From: Caldivirga maquilingensis IC-167
GTDB lineage: Archaea > Thermoproteota > Thermoprotei > Thermoproteales > Thermocladiaceae
Direction: 5' to 3'
Length of the DNA stretch: 32,000 nt
NCBI RefSeq assembly: GCF_000018305.1
Contig: NC_009954.1
Span: 330,001 to 362,000, forward strand
In this document: positions 1 to 8,079 of the stretch, one piece after another
Layout of the letters: each line of letters opens with the position of its first letter
Position numbering within the stretch: position 1 is the first letter of the stretch
Made by a program: the position numbers and the translations under genes
Notes under the pieces: model-generated
Seen by the model: only the letters and a program-made list of their open reading frames with translations
Told to the model about the DNA's origin: nothing
Database searches by the model: none

Positions 1-32
1 CTTTTAATGACCCTCATCCCTAGGTTACTTAA

Positions 33-398
33 CTATTGAGTCACTTGAGCAGGCTTCCCAGTTATCCCATACTTCTTAGCCCACTCCTCGAAAACCTTCT
101 GCTCCTCCGGCGTTAATTGCCTACTAAACCTGTACCAATTATCCTTAGGCCTAGCTGTCTCAGGGGATTCAGGTGTCTTCCAAATGCAGTTAACTGGACA
201 GACTGGGATGCAGGAGAAGTCGTCGATGCACCAATCCCAAATTAACCTAGCTTTCCCATTCTCATCAAGCTCCCATGCATTGGTTGGGCAGACACTAACA
301 CAGGCACCGCAGCCTATGCATATGTCCTGGTCATCAATAACCCTCATGTATTTCCTTAAACCCTCTGGGGTTGTGGGTATTTCACTACGCCTGGACAT
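33..398 (-). CDS. 4Fe-4S ferredoxin-type domain protein with atypical second cluster motif and a C-terminal extension
   Basis: Canonical CIGCGACVSVCP (CxxCxxCxxxCP) is followed by WCIDDFSCIPVCPVNC, giving 8 Cys in total. A Trp/Lys-rich tail of about 50 aa follows. Complete ORF with ATG start. Confidence 0.7.
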   Translation of the reverse strand: MSRRSEIPTTPEGLRKYMRVIDDQDICIGCGACVSVCPTNAWELDENGKARLIWDWCIDDFSCIPVCPVNCIWKTPESPETARPKDNWYRFSRQLTPEEQKVFEEWAKKYGITGKPAQVTQ

Positions 399-586
399 GA
401 AGCCTCACCAGTTGAGTTAACCCACTGTGGGATTATACATATTTCTATAGGTACTGTTCACGTTGATTCACCATTAAAGTCCACATGCACCCTAACTAAT
501 GATTAATGAAAGCACTCCATTAGGGGAAGTCATTAACTTAAGCATGGGTTAATGCTTTAAGGCAATTAGCCTCCCCCTTAACCCTA

Positions 587-1420
587 ATGCTAATAATTAA
601 TGCCGCCCCAGCATTATCAACAGCCTTCATTTGGGCGTGGGCATCAGTGACGTATAAGGATTTCATGAGTAGGTTAAACCCATTAACCGTTAACTTCCTT
701 AGGATGCTTTACACCACCATTGCCTTAGCTATTCCAGCGGCCTTAATTGGCTTTAACGCTGGGGCTATGTGGGGTTCATTAAGTGGTCTATTATCCTTAG
801 CCTTAGGTGACTCCATGTACTTAATGGCCATTAACTACACTGGAGTCTCAGTGGCTGCCCCAATATCATACTCCTACATACCCCTCTCAGTACTTATGGC
901 TACCCTACTGGGTGAACCATTAACAATACTTAAGGTTACCTCAGGATTACTGATAATGCTCGGTGTATACATGTTATCCAGGGAGAGGACTAAGGTAACG
1001 CTTAGGGGTGTGACCTTAGCCCTCGGTACCGCGGTTGCTTGGGCTCTTGGTCAAACCATGATAAAGGTGGCTGACGTTAATGGCTTAAACCCAGTATCCA
1101 TAGCCTTCATTAGGGTTGCCACTGCGGGATTAGTTCTACTGCTGGTTAACCACATGATGCATAATAATTTAGCCACCGCCATAAAGGCAACTATACGCAC
1201 CCGCCTACCCCTAGTGGCTGTACTGGACCTGGGTATTGGGGTTGCCTTATTCGCATACTCAGTTAACCTAATAGGACTTGGCTTAACAGTAATAGTAACG
1301 GGCTGCATGCCGTTGATAGCTCAGGTAATGGCTAAGTTCATGGTTGGGGAAAGAATAACCGTGACTAAGATCACTGGGGCAGTGGTAATAGTACTGGCAA
1401 TAACCACAGCCTTCCTATAG
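587..1420 (+). CDS. EamA/DMT-superfamily membrane transporter
   Basis: 277 aa and almost entirely hydrophobic, with about 9-10 predicted helices. It has a two-fold internal organisation typical of EamA duplications. The family call rests on overall pattern only. Confidence 0.65.
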   Translation: MLIINAAPALSTAFIWAWASVTYKDFMSRLNPLTVNFLRMLYTTIALAIPAALIGFNAGAMWGSLSGLLSLALGDSMYLMAINYTGVSVAAPISYSYIPLSVLMATLLGEPLTILKVTSGLLIMLGVYMLSRERTKVTLRGVTLALGTAVAWALGQTMIKVADVNGLNPVSIAFIRVATAGLVLLLVNHMMHNNLATAIKATIRTRLPLVAVLDLGIGVALFAYSVNLIGLGLTVIVTGCMPLIAQVMAKFMVGERITVTKITGAVVIVLAITTAFL

Positions 1421-1456
1421 GGCTTAAATTAAGTTAATTGCAGTATATTCAATGAT

Positions 1457-1813
1457 TCAAGCTAAGTTAATCACAATGGCTAGTATTATAGCGAATTCAA
1501 GGAGCTCATAGAAGCCGTAGTACATTAACACCTGCTTACTCGCATACCTACCCAAGTAGCCCTTAAAGTAGGCGAATACACCGATTAAGTGAATGATTAA
1601 CATCAGTACGATTAGCAGCATTAACCATGTTGGCAGCATACTTAACGCCAGTGAACTAACTAATACGTAGTATAGAACCTCAAAAACTGAAACATAAACA
1701 CCCACCCTCCTAGGTATGCTTAAGCCTCTAAATCCTAGGTATGAACCTGCAGCATGAATAAACAACATGACCACTGAACTAGGTAGTATTACTAGGGACG
1801 CGGGTACACTCAC
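1457..1813 (-). CDS. Hypothetical small integral membrane protein (about 4 helices)
   Basis: 118-aa ORF made of hydrophobic segments. No recognisable motif. Confidence 0.4.
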   Translation of the reverse strand: MSVPASLVILPSSVVMLFIHAAGSYLGFRGLSIPRRVGVYVSVFEVLYYVLVSSLALSMLPTWLMLLIVLMLIIHLIGVFAYFKGYLGRYASKQVLMYYGFYELLEFAIILAIVINLA

Positions 1814-1938
1814 TAGAAGGTAACTAACTAGGTTAAATTTACTTTACCCATGTTACCTGGAACCTTAACCTTAAGGGTAAGGTTACGTATCCTCTACCTC
1901 ATGAATAACTTTAATGCTTAAACGTGGTGGTGAAGCTA

Positions 1939-1957
1939 AGTTGATGGCTAATCAACT
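1939..1957. repeat. Inverted repeat AGTTGAT-N5-ATCAACT
   Basis: Read directly from the sequence: agttgat ggcta atcaact. An extra half-site, agttgat, is at 1992-1998. Confidence 0.6.
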
Positions 1958-2027
1958 AAGGGTCAGGATAAGGGTTTATGAACATGGGGTTAGTTGATAC
2001 ATAATGGAAAAACCATTACCCGCATAT

Positions 2028-2510
2028 TTAATTATGCGATTCCATAACGCCTACTATTCCCCTTAACCTATTCACTAGGTTAAGAACAGCCTCCCTATGC
2101 GCCTCAAACCCCTCCTTACTCATGAAGTTATGGTAAAAGTTTGCGTGTAGTCTTTCAGCCATACTGAAGTTCACTAAAATTGACTTATCATTAGTCTCCT
2201 TATATAATTCTTCAATAATAATATCATAATCCCTATGGCTATAATGCTCCCAGCTCCTTGACTCAGCTATAGCATTAAGCAAAGCAGTAACAGCACCCCA
2301 GTACTTTTCACCAGCCTGAGTCAAATCACCCTTGGCATATAGCTCCTCAGCTGATTTAAGGTAATCCTCATGTAGGCTCAGATAAAGCTTAACCCTATGA
2401 GGTGGATCAAGCCTCTCAGCAATTAAATCAATAATGAAGGCCTCAACATCCCTACCACCAGCTAACTCCCTTAATAAATTAACTAATTGAGGCGAGAGTA
2501 CTAATGACAT
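2028..2510 (-). CDS. PaREP1-family protein (HEPN-like helical domain) with an RHH-like N-terminal segment
   Basis: The core ...DPPHRVKLYLSLHEDYLKSAEELYAKGDLTQAGEKYWGAVTALLNAIAESRSWEHYSHRDY... matches the PaREP1 pattern I know from Pyrobaculum and relatives (E-x-Y/F-L-x-x-A-E-E-L-L-x-K-G-D-x-x-Q-A-x-E-K-x-W-G-A). Confidence 0.65.
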   Translation of the reverse strand: MSLVLSPQLVNLLRELAGGRDVEAFIIDLIAERLDPPHRVKLYLSLHEDYLKSAEELYAKGDLTQAGEKYWGAVTALLNAIAESRSWEHYSHRDYDIIIEELYKETNDKSILVNFSMAERLHANFYHNFMSKEGFEAHREAVLNLVNRLRGIVGVMESHN

Positions 2511-2790
2511 GCCTGGTAAATCACTGTGTACCTACTTAAAAACATTATTTAAATCAATTTAAGCAGACACTTCCTCCATCCCATAGAATTAGCCTAAGGA
2601 TAATTAATGCGCTTTACGTCTCCCCGAGGGTTTTAAGAACTAATGATTAATACTGGTGACTATGAGGTATGAAAATAAGGGATGAAGTAAACAACATTAA
2701 ACCAGGAATGCAGGATTACTTATTATTAAATTCCCTACTATCCTGCTGTAGGTAAATTTTACGCATTACTTGACGTGTATTTATGATGGT

Positions 2791-3870
2791 TTAAGGCTTC
2801 CTTGGCGCGGTAATTGGGTTAATGGTTACTTTAACTTTCTTATTATAGTTCATGGTTTCTATATTGGCATTTAGGAATAGTTTAACAATACTTATATTCG
2901 TTGATAGGTGTGATGTTAAGTTTACCACAGTGTACTCTGATCTGCCTTCAGCTAGGGCTAGGAATGGGATAAGCATATCACCCATGTGGTCATCGAAGGC
3001 CGCCCCCGCATTAATTACTGCCGCAAGGGCCTCTGCAGCCTCCCTACCAACATCCTCCGCTGGTTTACCGCGTTCACCCAGTGAGTCAGCTCCAATCCTC
3101 TGCCCATTAGTGGACTCAGCCCATAGTGTTATTCCTGAACCAGGCCCTAGGTGGGGATCCTTACCCTGCTCATAGTACTCGAGGCTAATGCTGGGTTTTA
3201 GGCCTAGTTTACTTAAATAATCCTCAGCGGCCTTAGCCTGCCTAACCGCTACATGGCTTGGTAACCTAACTGCATGTGATAACCCCCAGATCCCTTTTAA
3301 TTCACCAAGCTCAGTTATGTTGATTGGCTTAAGTCTACCAGCTGGCTTAACGGTAACCTTAACCTTACCGCCACCCCTTGGGTAATGACCCCTCCTAATT
3401 AATTCCACTTTAATCCCCACACCCATTAGGGATAGGTTGTGAGCCAGTACGAAGCGTACGTAATCTATGGGAGGGGCCTTAGGTACATCTGTACCACCGG
3501 TGATGTCAAGGGTGACTTCACCACAGTTCACTACGGCTAATACTGGTAGTAGGGTTTGGAGCACTAGGCTTATGCTCCCTGCAGTTCCAATATCAATACT
3601 GTAGTCACCGCATTTAACATCCCCTGGTTCGAAGGTTAGGCTTAAGGACCCCTTATATGCTCCATCAACCTTAGCGTTACTGATCCTTGCAGCAGCCATG
3701 ACACTGGCCAGGTGCTGGGGCTGCAACCCTGGATTACTTCTCCTAGCCCTAATGTTAATTATCCTGAAGGGTTTACCAGTGATTATGGATAGGGCTAAGG
3801 CAGTCCTCAGTATCTGTCCGCCTCCCTCACCCATTGAGCCGTCTATGGTTATCATGCCCATAATACCCAC
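2791..3870 (-). CDS. rtcA: RNA 3'-terminal phosphate cyclase
   Basis: The N-terminus MITIDGSMGEGGGQILRTALALSIITGKPFRIINIRARRSNPGLQPQHL is near-identical in pattern to E. coli RtcA (DGAQGEGGGQILRSALSLS...GL..QHL). A C-terminal DDHMGDMLIPF carries the catalytic-type His. The true start may be the third in-frame ATG at 3855. Confidence 0.9.
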   Translation of the reverse strand: MGIMGMITIDGSMGEGGGQILRTALALSIITGKPFRIINIRARRSNPGLQPQHLASVMAAARISNAKVDGAYKGSLSLTFEPGDVKCGDYSIDIGTAGSISLVLQTLLPVLAVVNCGEVTLDITGGTDVPKAPPIDYVRFVLAHNLSLMGVGIKVELIRRGHYPRGGGKVKVTVKPAGRLKPINITELGELKGIWGLSHAVRLPSHVAVRQAKAAEDYLSKLGLKPSISLEYYEQGKDPHLGPGSGITLWAESTNGQRIGADSLGERGKPAEDVGREAAEALAAVINAGAAFDDHMGDMLIPFLALAEGRSEYTVVNLTSHLSTNISIVKLFLNANIETMNYNKKVKVTINPITAPRKP

Positions 3871-3959
3871 TGGGCTTGGTTAATAAACCCTAAGTACTGA
3901 AGTGTTCATCACTTTAATTAAGCCTAAGTTTATTTAAGGGCACCCTAATATTGCTGTTA

Positions 3960-4009
3960 GTGATGAGAAGGTTTCCGGAATGAGGAGTGATTGGTTCACC
4001 CCTTACTGA
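3960..4009 (+). ncRNA. Candidate C/D-box sRNA (50 nt)
   Basis: GUGAUGA (3960-3966), 13 nt, AUGA (3980-3983), 3 nt, GUGAUUG (3987-3993), 12 nt, CUGA (4006-4009). A TATA-like gtttatttaagg at 3928-3939 is centred about 26 nt upstream of the C box. The D' and C' boxes are degenerate and there is no clear terminal stem. Confidence 0.35.
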
Positions 4010-5352
4010 CCCTGATTAATGCTGAATCTCCTGAATAGGCTTCCCAACCTGCGTTGACTCTTCTTAAGGCTACTCATCATTCTACTCATCTCATTATAGT
4101 ACCTCAGTAATTCCCTAACATCCCTCGGCGTCACCCCTGAGCCCTTGGCTATTCTCCTAATCCTTGATGCGTTTAATATATTTGGGTTAAGTAACTCCTC
4201 CTTAGTCATTGATCTCAATATTGATAACCACTTCCTCATCCTGTCCTGGGCGTTCATTAGTTGATCATCATTCAATTCCTTTAACTGAGGCATTAACCCC
4301 ATGGGGAGCATTTGAAGAATCCTACTTAATGGGCCGAGTTTACCCATGGCTTCAAGCTGCTTCATTAATGTTAATAAGGTGAACTTACCGGTTTCAATAT
4401 CCTCAAGAACCTCTTCCTCCTCCTCCATTGCCTTAACCTTATCCAGGAGTGACTCAACATCACCCATGCCCATTAACCTAGCCACAAACCTCCTTGGGTT
4501 AAAGACCTCAATATCCTCAATATCCTCACCATTACCAATGAACTTAATTCTAGCCCCAGTCTTAACCGCGGATACAAGGGCCCCACCCCCCTTAGCCGTA
4601 CTGTCGAGTTTAGTTATGAATATTGAGTTAACTGGAACATACTTACTGAAGGCCTCTGCCTGAGCCCCAACCTGCTTACCATTGGTTGCATCAACAACAA
4701 GCATTACTTCATTGGGCTTCACGGCCTCGTAAATCTCCTTAACCTCACTGAGGAGCTCCTCCTCATTCCTATGCCTACCAGCAGTATCTATTATTATTAA
4801 ATCAGCCTTACTGCTAATCATTCTACTTAAACCAGCCTTAGCTATGTTAACGGCGTTGCCTAGGCTTGGGTCACCGAAGAACATTGCCTTAACCCTCTCA
4901 GCTAATTGCCTCAACTGGTCAAAGGCCCCAGGCCTAATGGTGTCAGTCTCAATTAAACCAACCTTAAGCCCCCTCTTAATGTAGAAGTTAGCTAACTTAC
5001 CTGCCGTGGTTGTTTTACCACTACCCTCAGTACCCACCAGCATTAGTATGTAGGGCTTGGTCTTAACCTCAACGTCAGGCTCCTTATCACCACCAAGTAG
5101 GTCGGTGAGTTTCCTGTAAAGTAAGTAAACCAAATAGTCCTTAGCTGTTAAGCCTGGGGGGAGTTCCTTAGCCTCCTTAAACTCCTCCTCAATGCTCTTG
5201 GTTAATTCGTAAACCAGCTTAACGTCGACGTCAGCCCTTATTAATGCCCTCTGCAGATCCCTAAGTATGCTCCTTAGGGTTTCCTCATCAATTAAGGTTG
5301 AGCCCCTGATCCTACTTATTATGCTGCCTATGGCGTCCATTAAGTCTCTCAT
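4003..5352 (-). CDS. srp54: Signal recognition particle protein SRP54
   Basis: N domain, then a G domain with GTEGSGKTTTAGKLA (G1), DTAGRH (G3) and TKLD (G4). A Met-rich M domain follows (LQMLPMGLMPQ..., MSRMMSSL). Confidence 0.95.
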   Translation of the reverse strand: MRDLMDAIGSIISRIRGSTLIDEETLRSILRDLQRALIRADVDVKLVYELTKSIEEEFKEAKELPPGLTAKDYLVYLLYRKLTDLLGGDKEPDVEVKTKPYILMLVGTEGSGKTTTAGKLANFYIKRGLKVGLIETDTIRPGAFDQLRQLAERVKAMFFGDPSLGNAVNIAKAGLSRMISSKADLIIIDTAGRHRNEEELLSEVKEIYEAVKPNEVMLVVDATNGKQVGAQAEAFSKYVPVNSIFITKLDSTAKGGGALVSAVKTGARIKFIGNGEDIEDIEVFNPRRFVARLMGMGDVESLLDKVKAMEEEEEVLEDIETGKFTLLTLMKQLEAMGKLGPLSRILQMLPMGLMPQLKELNDDQLMNAQDRMRKWLSILRSMTKEELLNPNILNASRIRRIAKGSGVTPRDVRELLRYYNEMSRMMSSLKKSQRRLGSLFRRFSINQGQ

Positions 5353-5359
5353 TAATCAA

Positions 5360-6322
5360 TCACTGGGTTGTGTATGGGTAGTAACTGTACTGGTACATGC
5401 TTTGCTGAACGTACCTAAGCACATCAGTTAAAGTACCCCTTATGATTATTCCCTCACCCCTTTGAATCTCGTAAACAAGCTTCATTGGTGATATGGGCAT
5501 CCACCTCATCTTCCTAATGTACATTACCCTAAGTATCTGGTGGGTAATGGGTTCCTCGAATAATTGAAGAATAAGCACACCACCAGCCAGGTACTCCTCA
5601 ACACCAAACCTACTAACCTTAGTGGCCTCACCAGTGGGTATTTCCGATGTTAAAAGCGTGGTGGTGTCCTTATAGCGTTTAAGTTGAAACACCAATTCCC
5701 TTAAGTACTCCCTAACCCATAGGAGATCCTGGTGGCCTGTTATTATTAATGGCGCTATGGGATCAACCACAACCCTCTTAGCCTTATTCTTCTGAATAAC
5801 ATCAATAATCATCCTAGCCACATCCTTAGGGTCAAGTGAAAGAGTAGTGCCCTCCTTGGAGTATAGCTTGAAATGGGTCCTGAAGTCATATATTATTACC
5901 CTGTTCTGCTTCTCATAGGCGTCAAGATCCCAGCCCAAGGCCTCATAGGCACCCCTCTTAACATCCTCACTGGGTTCATCAACACTAATGTATATGCCTG
6001 ACTCACCAATATCGGCTCCAGTTTTAAGGAATTTAAGACTGAATATAGTCTTACCTAAACCCGCCTCACCGGCAACTAGGTAAACCTCACCCCTCTTAAG
6101 GCCACCGTAGAGTAAGGCATCCAAGTAAGCTATGCCCGTGGGGGCCTTATTAGCGTACATGCTGTACTGCATTTGCGCCGTGTAGTACTGGGTTATGTCG
6201 AATGGGTAAGTCTGGTTACTGTAATTGTTACCACTGTACGTGTTGTAGCCTCCATAGTCGTATGTATAGTATGCGTATTGCGATGAATCTGCAGCAGCAT
6301 CATTCTCCTTTCTTAAACCCAT
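5360..6322 (-). CDS. KaiC/RecA-superfamily ATPase with Tyr/Asn/Gln-rich low-complexity termini
   Basis: GIAYLDALLYGGLKRGEVYLVAGEAGLGKTIFSLKF (Walker A) and KRVVVDPI (Walker B-like) are typical of single-domain archaeal KaiC-like proteins. Residues 16-56 contain 13 Tyr. The C-terminus is QQSMYQYSYYPYTTQ. Confidence 0.75.
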   Translation of the reverse strand: MGLRKENDAAADSSQYAYYTYDYGGYNTYSGNNYSNQTYPFDITQYYTAQMQYSMYANKAPTGIAYLDALLYGGLKRGEVYLVAGEAGLGKTIFSLKFLKTGADIGESGIYISVDEPSEDVKRGAYEALGWDLDAYEKQNRVIIYDFRTHFKLYSKEGTTLSLDPKDVARMIIDVIQKNKAKRVVVDPIAPLIITGHQDLLWVREYLRELVFQLKRYKDTTTLLTSEIPTGEATKVSRFGVEEYLAGGVLILQLFEEPITHQILRVMYIRKMRWMPISPMKLVYEIQRGEGIIIRGTLTDVLRYVQQSMYQYSYYPYTTQ

Positions 6323-6415
6323 ATGCCCTAAACCCTAGGTGGATATTTATACTTTTACCTTGAATTCACCATTAGTTTAAGCAATTAAATGGCTTAATTA
6401 ATGAACACTAGTTAA

Positions 6416-7981
6416 TCACTGCCTAGGCTCAATCCTAACATCAACCCTAAACCTCCTCTTAATCCTACCAATCCTAGGCAGGCCCTTGGATAAAACTAAC
6501 CCATAGTACTCCTGAGGAACCTTGATAACTAGGACATCTTCCCTCGGCTCCACTATAACTTGATCAAGCGGCACATACTTACCAACCACCTTAAGTAACT
6601 GATTCATAGCCCTCTTATTAACCTCCACACTCCTCCTCTTCAAGGGAACTACGAAGGTTTCCTCACCAAAGACGTAGACCTCGTACTCAGGTTCCTCCGT
6701 TATGAAGTCCTTAACAACAACCACCGGTCTGGCTAAATCCTCCTCCTTTAAGCCAGCAGGTATCTTAACAGTCATCTCCAGTGAGTAAACCTTACTAACC
6801 AACCCCTTATCTATGAAGATTACAGTATCCACTATTGAGGGTAACATGCCTAATTCAACCCTACCTATGAATCTTTGAATTGAGTCTATGGGCGATGTCG
6901 CATGGATGACGCCAACCATGCCTATTCCAGCCAACCTAAGGTCAACGTAAAGTTGAATATCAGCGGTATCCCTCATTTCATCAAATATTGTGTAGTCCGG
7001 CCTCGATAATAGGAGGATGTCATGAAGCTCCTCCGGGGTGGCCAGGTTCTTGGAGAGTTGAGTAACCTGGTCAGGTAGAACCATATCCCTCGGTGACTCA
7101 ATGGTCTTAACCACCTTATTCTTGGATACGAAGAATTCAGCCAAGGCCTGAGCGAAGGTGGTTTTACCAGCGCCTGGGGCACCACCAATCAGTATACCCT
7201 CAGCCCTCTTCTCAAGCCTCTCAACAACCTTGGGATGGAGGTTATACTCCTCAACACGCTTCTTAACCAGTGGCCTAACAGCGGTTATCTCTATGCCGTC
7301 TGATACAGGTGGGAAAACAGCCACTATCCTAATATCCCTATACTGAACTATCAGTGAGTGGCTTCTCTTAACCTCAATAACCGCCCCATTACCACCACTG
7401 TAGGCTGTTGAGATAACTTCCCTAACCAGCCTCTCCAGGTACTCCTTGGAGAGGACCTTATTATCAAGGTAAACCAACTCCCAGTTACCTGGCGCACCCC
7501 TCTTAGCCATGGGTAGGGTGTTCTCCTTAAGGTGTATTGACATTGTGTCAGGGTATTTTTGGAACCACTTCTCAATCTCAAGGGCCCCAGTCCCCTTACC
7601 GATGTAAATGTACCTAATACCCATTGCCTCGCAAACCTTCTTAACCATAGCATCACTAGTTATTAAAACCGCCCCCAATTCCCTAGCAGTGTTTAAAACA
7701 AGGCTCTCAGGGTCCTTTAAGTCAGCTGACCTTGGTATAACGTCAACGTACTCCACAGTAATCCCCTCAATCTTAGAGGCCATGTCATGAATAGCAGCCA
7801 CCTCCTCAAGCCCAAGTATACCCAGTGAAGAACCAACCTTAGCGTCATCCTCAAAGTACTTAACGACACCAGTATGAATCAGTAACCTACCCTTAAGCCC
7901 ATTACTCTGCAGATACTCCTTCAGAGACCCATCTAGGAAGACTGACGTATCCGGAATATAGATTTCCCCAGCTGCAAGCAT
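6416..7981 (-). CDS. PIN-domain / PilT-type ATPase with C-terminal KH-like region (COG1855-type, PINA-like)
   Basis: An N-terminal PIN-like segment (IYIPDTSVFLDG..., ITSD), a central P-loop GGAPGAGKTTFAQALAEF with the downstream acidic motif IFDEMRD, and a basic C-terminal tail. The 521-aa size and domain order fit the archaeal PIN-ATPase-KH family. Confidence 0.8.
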   Translation of the reverse strand: MLAAGEIYIPDTSVFLDGSLKEYLQSNGLKGRLLIHTGVVKYFEDDAKVGSSLGILGLEEVAAIHDMASKIEGITVEYVDVIPRSADLKDPESLVLNTARELGAVLITSDAMVKKVCEAMGIRYIYIGKGTGALEIEKWFQKYPDTMSIHLKENTLPMAKRGAPGNWELVYLDNKVLSKEYLERLVREVISTAYSGGNGAVIEVKRSHSLIVQYRDIRIVAVFPPVSDGIEITAVRPLVKKRVEEYNLHPKVVERLEKRAEGILIGGAPGAGKTTFAQALAEFFVSKNKVVKTIESPRDMVLPDQVTQLSKNLATPEELHDILLLSRPDYTIFDEMRDTADIQLYVDLRLAGIGMVGVIHATSPIDSIQRFIGRVELGMLPSIVDTVIFIDKGLVSKVYSLEMTVKIPAGLKEEDLARPVVVVKDFITEEPEYEVYVFGEETFVVPLKRRSVEVNKRAMNQLLKVVGKYVPLDQVIVEPREDVLVIKVPQEYYGLVLSKGLPRIGRIKRRFRVDVRIEPRQ

Positions 7982-8012
7982 TAAGTACCAGTTAATGCGG
8001 ATACACTGAGGC

Positions 8013-8019
8013 TTAAAAA
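8013..8019 (-). promoter_or_regulatory. TATA-like box (TTTTTAA on minus strand) upstream of the PIN/ATPase gene
   Basis: The minus-strand sequence gtttttaagc is centred about 35 nt upstream of the ATG at 7981. Confidence 0.35.
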
Positions 8020-8079
8020 CTTATGAGCCTTAACTCACCTTCAATATTAGTTAAATAAGGTAATTAACCCTCATGGTAA

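Noticed and set aside
184-420. 78-aa plus-strand ORF overlapping the ferredoxin gene. Similar 'shadow' ORFs occur at 1051-1308, 2852-3175, 3698-3883, 4346-4663, 8375-8659, 13869-14117, 14801-15040, 15634-15864 and 16724-16939.
   Set aside because: All lie antisense to, or out of frame within, genes that have strong family signatures. Their translations are low-complexity (Ser/Pro/Leu/Thr-rich) with no motifs. This is typical of antisense frames.
547-560. ggttaatgctttaa occurs upstream of both the EamA gene (547-560) and the ROK gene (21879-21892). I considered a shared operator.
   Set aside because: The match is mostly generic BRE/TATA-like promoter sequence. A single 14-mer coincidence is within chance expectation and the distances to the start codons differ (about 39 versus about 50 nt).
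3968-3981. The exact 14-mer aaggtttccggaat recurs at 31852-31865, with about 20 of 24 matches if extended leftwards into the C-box region. I considered a paralogous sRNA copy.
   Set aside because: One or two exact 14-mer repeats are expected by chance in 32 kb of biased composition. The second site has a degenerate 'C box' (GUGGUGU) and no D box downstream.
6973-7790. Four ORFs of 60-101 aa (6973-7188, 7158-7346, 7351-7656, 7608-7790) inside the PIN/ATPase gene.
   Set aside because: They are embedded in a 521-aa ORF with clear P-loop and PIN motifs. Their translations are Arg/Leu/Ser/Pro-rich nonsense with no independent start context.
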